From Candidatus Gottesmanbacteria bacterium GW2011_GWA2_43_14 (GTDB taxonomy: Bacteria > Patescibacteriota > Microgenomatia > 2-02-FULL-39-11): DNA of 64,000 nucleotides. The notes under the pieces are model-generated. The model searched no databases. It worked only from the letters and a program-made list of their open reading frames with translations, and was not told the DNA's origin. How positions within the stretch are numbered: position 1 is the stretch's first letter; every line of letters begins with the position of its first letter. This document shows, in pieces, positions 9,542 through 18,561 of the stretch. The stretch is taken from contig LCFP01000004.1 of NCBI GenBank assembly GCA_000999095.1, positions 13,429 through 77,428 on the forward strand, written 5' to 3'. The translations under genes were made by a program, and so were the position numbers.

Positions 9542-10486
9542 TTATCCTTTCTCCAATCTGATACCCTCTTCGCCCAAAATGGCGTTTTCACAAGTTATTT
9601 TTCTTTGCCCGGTAAAGTGATTTATTATTTTTACATCCCTGTGGTAAGCTAAAAGATAACCCGCAGCACCCTTTTTCCCGCCTCCGCCCAGGATCTTGGC
9701 CGCGCCACCGATCTTTTCAATCTGTTTTATGAGAACGGAAACCCGTGTGCTGACTACTCCCATTTTTTCCAAAGTCCGACTGCCTGCTTTAATTGCCCCC
9801 ATAAACTCTGTTTCATCACCTTTTTTTAATGCTTCCGCCAGTTTTTTAGTCTCAAACTCATTCCGGTTGAATAATCGTTCATAAATCCCGGGCTGATTTT
9901 CGCGTCCTTCTCCAACAGCTGCCACCAGATCTTTGGTTGTTTCCTCGGGCTTTCCGGTATCCAAGAGATAAAAATTTCTTAATAGCTTCGTCCTTCTTAC
10001 CGGCAATTGCCAGATGCTCTTAAGATAAGTTAACTCCTTGCGAAACCAGATAATTCCTCCGAAGACAACCGCAGTATTATCAGCTCCGGATGGATTACCG
10101 TGAATAACTTTCTCCGATTCAAAGGCTAACCGGTTGGTGAGTTCCGGGTTCCAAATTTTTTTCAGAAAATAGAGGCACCCGGCAATTACCGCGGCGGCGG
10201 TAGCTGCCGAAGAACCAAGATGGTATCCCTTTTTTAATTGTGAAGTCACTTTTACGGAGAGGGGCGGTATAGATTCAGTCTTTAAATGTTGACTGACCAA
10301 ACTGAGAATGTTCGCGACAAATTGTTTATCCTCAGCTTCAATATGGTGCTCCGAAGACCGGGCCTCTGATACAGTCGCATAAACACGTTTGTTAATCGCC
10401 GCCAGAAGTGCCGGTTTACCGTAAACAACAGCGTGTTCACCCAAAAGGTATATTTTGCCGGGAACTGAAACTGTTATGGAAGCCAT
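9542..10486 (-). CDS. mvk: Mevalonate kinase
   Basis: PGKIYLLGEHAVVYGKPAL, LGSSAA, EKVIHGNPSGAD, KILGGGG. Confidence 0.85.
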   Translation of the reverse strand: MASITVSVPGKIYLLGEHAVVYGKPALLAAINKRVYATVSEARSSEHHIEAEDKQFVANILSLVSQHLKTESIPPLSVKVTSQLKKGYHLGSSAATAAAVIAGCLYFLKKIWNPELTNRLAFESEKVIHGNPSGADNTAVVFGGIIWFRKELTYLKSIWQLPVRRTKLLRNFYLLDTGKPEETTKDLVAAVGEGRENQPGIYERLFNRNEFETKKLAEALKKGDETEFMGAIKAGSRTLEKMGVVSTRVSVLIKQIEKIGGAAKILGGGGKKGAAGYLLAYHRDVKIINHFTGQRKITCENAILGEEGIRLEKG

Positions 10487-10489
10487 AAA

Positions 10490-10792
10490 TCAGATTAGTG
10501 GTTTGAATTTAATACCATATGGAATTATGCCTTCATCGCCGGCACTGCGGGTCCTGCGAAGTACTGTCACAACCTTTTGGCCGACGCGCAAGTTTTTTTT
10601 ATCATAATCAACCAGTTGTGCAGTATAACGGCGGCCGCTTTCCAATTTTACGATGGCAACCACGTATGGCGCCTGGCTTTCAAATCCCTGAGGCGGCACA
10701 AAAACCTGGGTGAAACTCACAATGTTGCCGTTTTGGTTGAGAATTTCCCTGATTTTCTTCTGATTGCGCCAAATTTTAACGGGTGAAATCAT
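10490..10792 (-). CDS. DUF35 OB-fold scaffold protein of the thiolase/HMG-CoA synthase complex (no Zn ribbon)
   Basis: GNIVSFT..VPP.GF..QAPYVVAIVKLE.G...TAQLVD; IIPYGIKFKP; immediately after the thiolase. Confidence 0.85.
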   Translation of the reverse strand: MISPVKIWRNQKKIREILNQNGNIVSFTQVFVPPQGFESQAPYVVAIVKLESGRRYTAQLVDYDKKNLRVGQKVVTVLRRTRSAGDEGIIPYGIKFKPLI

Positions 10793-10797
10793 CCTGC

Positions 10798-11934
10798 TTA
10801 TTTTTTCAGAATATGAATAACTGCTGTTGCTCCGCTGCCCCCGATATTATGGGTTAAACCTAAATCAGCCCCCGGTACCTGTTTTTTGCCTGAAATACCT
10901 TTCAGTTGCTGGTAAACTTCCACCAGCTGTTTAACGCCGGTGGCACCAACCGGGTGACCGGCTGCTTTTAGTCCGCCTGACGTATTGACGACTAGCCTGT
11001 TATTTCCCAGTTGAGTCTTACCCTTTTCTATGGCGCTGGCTGCCTCACCTTTCGGAAAAAAACCAAGATCTTCCATGGCTATGATTTCGGCAATGGAAAA
11101 ACAATCATGGACCTCAGCCACCTTGATATCTTCAGGTTTTACTCCCGCCTCCTGATATGCTTTATTTGAAGCTGAAACAGCAGCTTTCAGCGTGGTTAAG
11201 TCGAGTCTTTGGGCCAAGCCCAGGCTGTCGGTGGCAGCTTGGGAAGCGCTGATTATTATCCCTTTTTTAAGCGGTTTAGATGACAGTATAAGAGCTGCAG
11301 CTCCGTCAGTAATCGGAGAGCAATCCAAAATTTTTAAAGGACTGGCCACCACCGGGCTTTCCATGACCATCTGCCGGGTAATCCTGTTTGTAAACTGGGC
11401 ATGCGAGTTGAGTGAGGCGTGAAAATGATTTTTTACCGAAACCTCGGCCATGGCTGCCTCGGTTGTTCCGTATTTAAGCATATGGGCGCGGGCAATAAGA
11501 GCATAAAGTGCCGGAAAGGTTGCACCTGCCTCACGTTCTCCTTCTGAACCGGCCCCCATAAGAGCCGCTGCCACAGCTTCCGGTTTGTGATCGGTCATTT
11601 TCTCAACTCCCACAACCAGCACGTTTTTATATTGCCCGGATTTAATTGCCAGGTAAGCCAAATGTGCGGCCATCCCCCCGGAAGCACAAGCAGCCTCGAT
11701 TTTTACCGCCGGTACACTTAAACCCAATTCTTCACTGAAAAAAGCCCCGAGATGATCCTGACCGCCTAAAGACGATGAAAGCATATTGCCGACAAAAACG
11801 GCCTCGATTTTATCCAATGCAAACCCGGCTTCATCAGCTGCAGCCAAGGCCACCTCTTTTACTAAATTTCTTGGGGAAACATCCCACAATTCACCGAATT
11901 TGGAAGTAACTCCTGACAATATCGTTACAGGCAT
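10798..11934 (-). CDS. Archaeal-type acetyl-CoA C-acetyltransferase (thiolase)
   Basis: EAACASG, GVEKM, DCSPITDGAAA, EVHDCF, VNTSGGLKAAGHPVGATG, HNIGG. Confidence 0.92.
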   Translation of the reverse strand: MPVTILSGVTSKFGELWDVSPRNLVKEVALAAADEAGFALDKIEAVFVGNMLSSSLGGQDHLGAFFSEELGLSVPAVKIEAACASGGMAAHLAYLAIKSGQYKNVLVVGVEKMTDHKPEAVAAALMGAGSEGEREAGATFPALYALIARAHMLKYGTTEAAMAEVSVKNHFHASLNSHAQFTNRITRQMVMESPVVASPLKILDCSPITDGAAALILSSKPLKKGIIISASQAATDSLGLAQRLDLTTLKAAVSASNKAYQEAGVKPEDIKVAEVHDCFSIAEIIAMEDLGFFPKGEAASAIEKGKTQLGNNRLVVNTSGGLKAAGHPVGATGVKQLVEVYQQLKGISGKKQVPGADLGLTHNIGGSGATAVIHILKK

Positions 11935-12968
11935 TAAATTTTTCCCCTGAATTTTAAGTAGTCAAGATAACTGATATATTTTTTTCTGTATTGGCGTTCT
12001 TGATAATTTGCTCCATTCCGCTTTTTTCCTGCATTTTTTGTCATGCGTAAAACCAAACCGTCAGAACCGGCGCCCGATCCGTAGGAAACCAGGAAAATCA
12101 AATCGTTTTGCTGCGCCTGGTCCAATGCCGCAGCAAGACCGATCAGCGAAGATGCCGTGTAAGGATTACCTATATCTTTTACTATTAGAGACGCGGCCGT
12201 CTGTTCTTCGGTAAAACCCAGTCTTTTTGCCGCTTCTTTGGGAAACTTGCCGTTGGGCATATGGAAAACGGCAAAACGGAAATCACGGGCTGTAAGTTTG
12301 CTTTTTTCAAAAAGCTGCCTGCCGCAATTTTCCACATGCGAAAAATAAGCTGGTTCACCGGTAAACCTGCCTCCATGACTGGGAAATCGGACGCCGTCCC
12401 TGCGCCAGAAATCAGGAGTGTCGGAAGAATATGAAGTAATTGCCACTATGTCAGCTATAGCTTTATGTTTTGTTCCTAATATAAAAGCTGCCGCTCCTGA
12501 AGCTGCCGTATATTCCAAAATATCGTGGGGTTTGGCCTGAGCGCAATCACTGCCAACAGCCATGGCGGTCGAAAAAGTACCTGATGAAATCATGGCAGCC
12601 AACGAAATCAAAGCCGTCGTGCCGGCTTTACAGGCAAATTCAAGATCAGTAGCCAGGTATGAATGACCAATTCCCAAAAATTCGCCTAAAATAGTCGATG
12701 TAGGATTGACGGCATAGGGATGGCTTTCAGAACCAACCATCAACGCTTCGATTTTGCCGGGATTTATTCCGGCATCAAGTAATGCGTCAAGAGAAGCCTG
12801 GTAAGCCATCGTCACAGCATCTTCATCCATGGCTGCGACCGACTTTTGGCTTATGCCGAGGGATCTCTCAATATCTGAAGCCAGTTTACCCCAAACCGGG
12901 GCAATTTCCGCTGTTTTGATTCTGTAATAAGGTAAATATAGACCGTATCCTAATATGCCTGCATCCAT
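11934..12968 (-). CDS. Archaeal-type hydroxymethylglutaryl-CoA synthase
   Basis: DEDAVTMA, GSESHPYAVNP, EFACKAGT, DTPDFWRR, HMPNGKFP, GNPY, SYGSGAGSD. Confidence 0.93.
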   Translation of the reverse strand: MDAGILGYGLYLPYYRIKTAEIAPVWGKLASDIERSLGISQKSVAAMDEDAVTMAYQASLDALLDAGINPGKIEALMVGSESHPYAVNPTSTILGEFLGIGHSYLATDLEFACKAGTTALISLAAMISSGTFSTAMAVGSDCAQAKPHDILEYTAASGAAAFILGTKHKAIADIVAITSYSSDTPDFWRRDGVRFPSHGGRFTGEPAYFSHVENCGRQLFEKSKLTARDFRFAVFHMPNGKFPKEAAKRLGFTEEQTAASLIVKDIGNPYTASSLIGLAAALDQAQQNDLIFLVSYGSGAGSDGLVLRMTKNAGKKRNGANYQERQYRKKYISYLDYLKFRGKI

Positions 12969-12987
12969 CTTGCTGATTTAAATATTT

Positions 12988-14136
12988 TTACTTGCCTCCT
13001 CTGGCAAGCAATCGGTGTGCCTTACCCAAACTTCCTGCGGCTATAGCTGACAATAAAGAAATTTCCCCGGCTAAAACAGCACCTCCAATAATTTCCGCAA
13101 ACTGTTGCGCTCTTTTGCCGGAGTCCCCTCCGGCTGATCCCAAAAGTAACAAGCTGGCCTTTTGTGAAGGCAGATATGTGCCTCCGCCAATCGTACCTAC
13201 GGGAAGATCCGGTAGATAAATACTGACCAATAGCTTTCCGTTTACGAATTTGGTCGAGGTTATACCCAAGCTTCCTTCGCTGACATGGGCGATATCCTGT
13301 CCGGTAGCCAGAAAAATAGCCGCGATAATATTGGCAAAATGTGCGTTAAATCCCAGAGAAGCGCTTATCATCGAACCCTTCAGATTTTTTTCCAGATTTA
13401 CCTCATGAATAAGCTCGGGAGTCGTTTTCAATATATGCCTGACTGTTTGCTTATCCAATAGTGTTTCTGCCCAAACCTCACGGCCGCGGCCAAGAAGAAA
13501 ATTTAAAAAAGAAGGCTTCTTATCGGTATCGAAATTAGCCGCCACAGCCAAACACTTAAAACCTGTATCGTTCTCAACCATGCGGATAATAGCTTCAGTT
13601 GCGAAAGTCACCATGTTCATACCCATCGCATCTTCCGTATCATAGCTGAATCTGATATACACATTAGTACCGAAATACTTGATAAACGTCCCGTTTAACC
13701 GCAAATGACCGGAGGTTTGTTCAGCTACAGCTTGCATCTTTGTAAAATTTTTACCCAACCACTCCTTAAGTTTCCTGCTTTCAATAATTCCTCCTGTTAT
13801 AAAAAGTGAGCCTCTGGTAATACCGGTATTTTCACTAGTCACCCGGACGCCCCCGGCTCTAGTTATTGCTTTACAGCCACGATTTACCGAAGCCACCAAA
13901 GCTCCTTCTGTTGTTGCCAGCGGCAGATAATACTCACTCATACCGTTGTCTCTGATAATTTTTAAAGGCCCGGCAATCCCTATTGGGACTTGGACCGCAC
14001 CGACCATATTTTCACAGTTCTTTTCTTCTGCCTGAGAAAAGCCAGGCGGATAAAAAGCATAATCAACCAGGGAAAGACCTGTTTTTTTCTCTAAATACTG
14101 GCGTCTTTTTTCTATTGTTTTTATCTTTCTTAGCAT
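12988..14136 (-). CDS. hmgA: Class I (NADPH) HMG-CoA reductase
   Basis: CENMVG, PLATTEGALVAS, DAMGMNM, DKKPS, ATGQD, GTIGGGT, GEISL. Confidence 0.94.
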   Translation of the reverse strand: MLRKIKTIEKRRQYLEKKTGLSLVDYAFYPPGFSQAEEKNCENMVGAVQVPIGIAGPLKIIRDNGMSEYYLPLATTEGALVASVNRGCKAITRAGGVRVTSENTGITRGSLFITGGIIESRKLKEWLGKNFTKMQAVAEQTSGHLRLNGTFIKYFGTNVYIRFSYDTEDAMGMNMVTFATEAIIRMVENDTGFKCLAVAANFDTDKKPSFLNFLLGRGREVWAETLLDKQTVRHILKTTPELIHEVNLEKNLKGSMISASLGFNAHFANIIAAIFLATGQDIAHVSEGSLGITSTKFVNGKLLVSIYLPDLPVGTIGGGTYLPSQKASLLLLGSAGGDSGKRAQQFAEIIGGAVLAGEISLLSAIAAGSLGKAHRLLARGGK

Positions 14137-14138
14137 AA

Positions 14139-14759
14139 TTAAATAAAGGGTATCCGGAAAATTCCTGATTTATATAAAATGAAGCTGTAAATAAAGACTA
14201 CCGGTACTATCAAAAGTTGTGTTAGGCAAATCCTGGCCAGGTCAAGTTTCAACCCGAAACGGAGTGTTAAATAATACAGAATAAGTTTCCAGGACAATAA
14301 AGTCAACGAATAGGTTATAAAAATTATACTCAGGATACCTCCCGGGACTGACCAGGTCCTTGGGGGAGGAATAAGTCGGTACAATAAAGCAGTTGCTATA
14401 AACCAAAGAAGTGTCGGCCATAAACTATAACTCCAAAGAACAGTAAGACGTAAAAGGCTGAAATTGCCCACTTGCCAAAGCTTGCCGGTCAGATAAAACA
14501 AAAAAAGCATCAGGATAATGCCTCCGGCCGTCCCGAACAGCAATAGGTTAAACCTGACTGTAAGCAGGTAGGGGTTTTCCATGCCCAATCTGATTATCGA
14601 GCTTGATAAAAAGAAAAAGATTACAAGCAGATAAATATAAATTGTTTGCTGGGTGAAAATTTTATCCCCGTGCGCCAGGTGACGGTAGGTATGGTAGGGC
14701 TCCTTGATTATACCGAAGCTGTTGCGCAGGAAAAAAACAAATGATGTAATCGGCCTCAT
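14139..14759 (-). CDS. Yip1-like multi-pass membrane protein
   Basis: N-terminal 'GIIKEPYHTYRHL' pattern followed by about 5 TM helices; overlaps/abuts both neighbours. Confidence 0.6.
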   Translation of the reverse strand: MRPITSFVFFLRNSFGIIKEPYHTYRHLAHGDKIFTQQTIYIYLLVIFFFLSSSIIRLGMENPYLLTVRFNLLLFGTAGGIILMLFLFYLTGKLWQVGNFSLLRLTVLWSYSLWPTLLWFIATALLYRLIPPPRTWSVPGGILSIIFITYSLTLLSWKLILYYLTLRFGLKLDLARICLTQLLIVPVVFIYSFILYKSGIFRIPFI

Positions 14760-14998
14760 GGATAAAAAGCTCCCAGCTGGAGAATGGAGGCCAGTCTGAT
14801 GAGATAGGAGCCAAAAACAATAAAAGCGATAAAAGTCGCTGCCAGAGATAGAAAAACAAGACTTTTTAACGGGTATTCCTTGAAAACGGGTACGATCCTT
14901 TTATAAAGAGGAGTAAAAAGACCCATTTGCTGAGGCGGCACAAAAGCAATTTCCTGCATTTTGGCTACCATCATACGATACAGTTTGTCATTCTCCAT
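14756..14998 (-). CDS. Small single-TM protein, putative anti-sigma (start moved to ATG 14998)
   Basis: MENDKLYRMM... start overlaps the sigma gene stop by 11 nt; C-terminal TM; the track's upstream extension lies inside the sigma gene. Confidence 0.55.
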   Translation of the reverse strand: MENDKLYRMMVAKMQEIAFVPPQQMGLFTPLYKRIVPVFKEYPLKSLVFLSLAATFIAFIVFGSYLIRLASILQLGAFYP

Positions 14999-15551
14999 AA
15001 GCGTAATATGAGGCAAAGGCCTTCCTGGCCCGGAAAAGCTGGCTTTCCGCACTTTTAAAGGTAATTGAAAGTTTTTCAGCAATTTCTTCAACTGAATAGC
15101 CGTAAACATATTTCAGCTTTAAAATTACCTGATAGGTAGGCGTCAATTTCCTGAAAGTCTGTTTAATCCTTTGCTTCAGGATTTCTTCATCCAGTATTTC
15201 CTCGGGACCGAAAATGGTAGAAAGTAATGGTTCGAAGCCTTCAAATTTCGAAAAAACGATTTTTTGAATTTTTTTCCTGCGGTAAAAATCAATGATTTTA
15301 TGGTTGGCAATTGAACAAACAAATGTAAACAGGGAGCATTTAAAGGAAAAGTCCCTCAAAGCCTCAATCGTTGCCAAAAGCGAATCCTGGAGGATTTCCT
15401 CGATGTCTTCTTTTGTGTTAATTTTTTTACTGATATAAGTATAAAGCGAAGGGTGATATTTCTTATAAAAACTGGTCAGGGCAGCCTCATCACCCCTGAG
15501 GATTTGATATACAATCTTTCTTTCAGTTTTAAGGTCGGGGCTTCTTTTCAT
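14988..15551 (-). CDS. ECF (sigma-70 group 4) RNA polymerase sigma factor
   Basis: Region 2 (EDIEEILQD..L; F..CSLFTFVCSIANHKIIDFYR) and region 4 (GYSVEEIAEKLSITFKSAESQLFRARK). Confidence 0.92.
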   Translation of the reverse strand: MKRSPDLKTERKIVYQILRGDEAALTSFYKKYHPSLYTYISKKINTKEDIEEILQDSLLATIEALRDFSFKCSLFTFVCSIANHKIIDFYRRKKIQKIVFSKFEGFEPLLSTIFGPEEILDEEILKQRIKQTFRKLTPTYQVILKLKYVYGYSVEEIAEKLSITFKSAESQLFRARKAFASYYAYGE

Positions 15552-15616
15552 ATAAACTTAGTCGCAATCATCATCAGTAATCCTTTATCCGCATATTATA
15601 ATTCCTGACAGGCTAT

Positions 15617-15646
15617 TTGACAAAAGACTCTTCACCTCTTTACACT
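15617..15646 (+). promoter_or_regulatory. Sigma-70 promoter for the pilin array, probably leaderless
   Basis: TTGACA (15617-22), 18 nt, TACACT (15641-46), then ATG 6 nt later with no SD. Confidence 0.6.
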
Positions 15647-15652
15647 TAAGTT

Positions 15653-15961
15653 ATGCAGCTGGCCCAGGTTTCAATTGCAGAAAAATATCCACCGGCGAAA
15701 AACTTCCCCACACTCGCCTCTATCATTTCCTCATTCTTACCGAATCTGTTGATCATTGCCGGGGTTATATTTTTCATTCTGACGATTGTCGCGGGCTTCG
15801 TGGTCATCTCTACTGCCGGCCAGGGCGATCCCCACGGTGCGGAACGGGCAAAGTCTTTTCTTACTTATTCCGTTATCGGACTTTTCCTGATTTTTGCTTC
15901 ATACTGGATTTTACAGATAATTAATTACATTTCATTCGGTTCCATGAAAGGATTATTCTGA
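15653..15961 (+). CDS. VirB2/TrbC-like pilin 1
   Basis: Two TM helices flanking G-D-P...A-K..LTYSVIG, the CPR pilin signature. Confidence 0.75.
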   Translation: MQLAQVSIAEKYPPAKNFPTLASIISSFLPNLLIIAGVIFFILTIVAGFVVISTAGQGDPHGAERAKSFLTYSVIGLFLIFASYWILQIINYISFGSMKGLF

Positions 15962-16311
15962 TGGCTCTTCCGGCAGATGTGATTGGCAAAATTTCTCCCC
16001 TACCCGGCATGCCGGTCGGCATAAACCCCACCACGGGTGAACTGACGGGCCTCGTCACCATGATGAATGTCATCCTCCGGCTTCTTCTGATCGTGGGGGG
16101 GATTTGGGCATTGTTCAACATCGTCTTAGCCGGCATGGGTTTTATAGGTGCCGGCGGAGATCCGAAAAAAGTGGCTTCCTCCTGGGCTAAAATCTATTGG
16201 TCCTTTATCGGCTTGCTTATCATGGTTTCCGCCTTTCTCCTGGCAGCCATAATCGGTATCATGCTCTTCGGCAACCCGACAGCCATTTTATCTCCCAAAC
16301 TGACAAAATGA
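15961..16311 (+). CDS. VirB2/TrbC-like pilin 2
   Basis: TM-AGGDPKKVASSWAKIYWSFIG-TM. Confidence 0.78.
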   Translation: MALPADVIGKISPLPGMPVGINPTTGELTGLVTMMNVILRLLLIVGGIWALFNIVLAGMGFIGAGGDPKKVASSWAKIYWSFIGLLIMVSAFLLAAIIGIMLFGNPTAILSPKLTK

Positions 16312-16742
16312 TATTGATATTTTTGTTCATTTCAATTCTTCTTTTTCAATCCCCTCCCTCTGTTTATGCTGCTCCCAGCAATTGTCTGGGGGGCGGTGAA
16401 GGGTTGGGACCGTTTGCCAAATTCCTTTGCGGAGGCGTAGGAGTGACGACTGATGCCGTCGGCAACAGACTCAACTCTGTCATCAGCGCTATCCTGGGCT
16501 TATTAACTGTTATAGCCGGTTTATGGTTTCTGATCCAGTTTATTCTCGCCGGTTTTAATTGGATCAATGCCGGAGGAGACAAGAATAATGCCCAGGCGGC
16601 CTGGCAGAAAATGACCAATGCCGTTGTCGGACTCATTATAGTCGTTTTTGCCTGGGTATTTGTGGCTTTGATCGGTAAACTGCTCAATATAAATATCCTT
16701 GATCCCGGAGATATGTTAAAAAATTTAAAAATAACAGGCTAA
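16308..16742 (+). CDS. VirB2/TrbC-like pilin 3 with signal peptide (start moved to 16308)
   Basis: MILIFLF...VYA signal peptide, two Cys, WINAGGDKNNAQAAWQKMTNAVVG; ATGA overlap with pilin 2. Confidence 0.78.
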   Translation: MILIFLFISILLFQSPPSVYAAPSNCLGGGEGLGPFAKFLCGGVGVTTDAVGNRLNSVISAILGLLTVIAGLWFLIQFILAGFNWINAGGDKNNAQAAWQKMTNAVVGLIIVVFAWVFVALIGKLLNINILDPGDMLKNLKITG

Positions 16743-17093
16743 ATGGAAAAAGTATTGCTGGCACAAATTAAAAATCCGGTTGTACCGAGCTTAAAAAATC
16801 CCAATAATGCTCCGCAAATTATCGGCAAATTTTTTGCCGGGTTTGTGGCATTACTGCTGATTGTCGCTACCCTCTGGTCTTTTTTTAATCTGATTTTGGG
16901 AGCATTTAACTGGATTTCCTCAGGAGGGGACAAGGGCAAACTGGAAACCGCCCAACAGAAGATGCTGCAGGCGGTAATCGGGTTAATCCTGGTTTTTGCT
17001 TCATGGGCAATTTTTATCGTGCTACTCCAGTTTTTGGGATTGTCTCAGGGTCTGGGAGGTAAAATCGAGTTTAAACTACCTACGCTTCTTTAA
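16743..17093 (+). CDS. VirB2/TrbC-like pilin 4
   Basis: WISSGGDKGKLETAQQKMLQAVIG between two TMs. Confidence 0.8.
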   Translation: MEKVLLAQIKNPVVPSLKNPNNAPQIIGKFFAGFVALLLIVATLWSFFNLILGAFNWISSGGDKGKLETAQQKMLQAVIGLILVFASWAIFIVLLQFLGLSQGLGGKIEFKLPTLL

Positions 17094-17925
17094 CGCTTCC
17101 CCACTCCTTAATGGCTTTTTCGTATGATTTCGGCGTCCCGATATCCGTAAAGCGTCCGCTGAAGGGAAAAGCGGCCAATTGCCTGAGTTTGGCTAAGGTG
17201 GTAAATATGTCTTCCAGCTGCGCCGGTCCTTTTTTGGGCAAATATGAGAAAATGCCTTTCTCCAAAATATATAAACCGCAGCTGATGAGTTGTGATTTTT
17301 GCATGCCCTTTTCAGGTTTTTCTATAAATTGGGTGATTTTAGTGCCATTCATGACCACCTCCCCGTAGCTTGAAGGGTCAAGAACAGTGGTGACGGCGAT
17401 CGTGCCTAAAACATCGTTATTTTTATGGAAGGCGATCATGTCGCTGAGGTTTATATCGATCAGGATGTCACCGTGAACCACAAAAAAGGAGTCGTCGTTC
17501 AAATATTTTTTAACCAAAATCAAAGCACCGCCGGTTCCGGCTGATTCTTTTTCCCTGATATAGTCTATTTTGACTCCGAATTTCCTGCCGTCTCCGAAGT
17601 ATTCCTGGATTTTCTCACCCAGGTGTCCGATCGAAAAAAGCAGATGTCTGACTTCATATTCACGGAGCAGTTCAATCACTTTTTCCAGAATCGGTTTGCC
17701 TCCGACCGGAAACAGTCCTTTGGGCATTTCGAAAGTAAATGGCCGCATATTGACGCCGCTGCCGCCAGCTAAAATAACCGCCTGGTTGACAGTCGGAGTC
17801 AGGCTTCGGGATATTAGTGTTTCTATGGCATGGGAACGGTTCCTGAGATCGGTTCCGTCGATTAAAGCATCCACTTTGCTTAAAATCGATTTTTTGAGCG
17901 TTATCGTCAGTCTTTCCCTGTCCAT
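17080..17925 (-). CDS. Ribbon-helix-helix domain fused to a sugar-phosphate nucleotidyltransferase domain
   Basis: N-terminal RLTITL..ILSKVD.LID...RNRSHAIE (CopG-like); ILAGGSG..MRPFT..PK, GTGGAL, HGD, EKP, DIGTP. Confidence 0.8.
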   Translation of the reverse strand: MDRERLTITLKKSILSKVDALIDGTDLRNRSHAIETLISRSLTPTVNQAVILAGGSGVNMRPFTFEMPKGLFPVGGKPILEKVIELLREYEVRHLLFSIGHLGEKIQEYFGDGRKFGVKIDYIREKESAGTGGALILVKKYLNDDSFFVVHGDILIDINLSDMIAFHKNNDVLGTIAVTTVLDPSSYGEVVMNGTKITQFIEKPEKGMQKSQLISCGLYILEKGIFSYLPKKGPAQLEDIFTTLAKLRQLAAFPFSGRFTDIGTPKSYEKAIKEWGSVKEA

Positions 17926-17964
17926 CTTTACTTTAATTTTAATTTTTCAAGAGCTGATATTCAA

Positions 17965-18468
17965 TCAGGTATGTCTGTCGGCTACTTTGGAAGCACCGTA
18001 GGAATACGGCTTTGTTTTTACGGAATAACCGCTGCTTCGGATCATACCGACAACCTCACTGATCATTTCCTTGGTTTTGCCGACAGAGCCTATATCCACA
18101 TGGATTTCTATATCATATTTGGTAAAACCGTCGTTACTTAGGACCGTCAGAATTTCCTCGGCGCATATCAGAGATAAAGCTGCCTCCTGGAAAATTCTGG
18201 TTTTTAAAAAGTATTTTTTTTCATCAATTATTCTTTTCCAAAAGTAAATGCCCCCGAAACCAACACGATGGATGACAATAGCCGTGATAAAATCGACTCC
18301 GTGACCGTTTTTTGGTTGTGAATCAGTACCGATTATCAGACGGTATTCAGCGCCGGAACCCTTTTCCATAAAAGCCAAAGCCCTGCGGCGTAAAAGGGGT
18401 AAAGTCAGTAAACCATAGGAAGGACTGTAGTAATTATTCAAGTTGTTACCAAACCCGTTTGTTTTCAT
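17965..18468 (-). CDS. RNase H-like YkuK (DUF458) family protein
   Basis: IIGTDSQ, TAIVIHRVG.GG, RIFQE, IEIHVDIG..GKT, KPYSYGASKVADRHT. Confidence 0.85.
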   Translation of the reverse strand: MKTNGFGNNLNNYYSPSYGLLTLPLLRRRALAFMEKGSGAEYRLIIGTDSQPKNGHGVDFITAIVIHRVGFGGIYFWKRIIDEKKYFLKTRIFQEAALSLICAEEILTVLSNDGFTKYDIEIHVDIGSVGKTKEMISEVVGMIRSSGYSVKTKPYSYGASKVADRHT

Positions 18469-18561
18469 TTTTCTGCTTCGGATTGTACCACAGAAATGTT
18501 TTTTTTATAAGCTTCCTCCCTTGACAAACAGGTTTAAAGTACGATATTATGGGCCGCTCAG

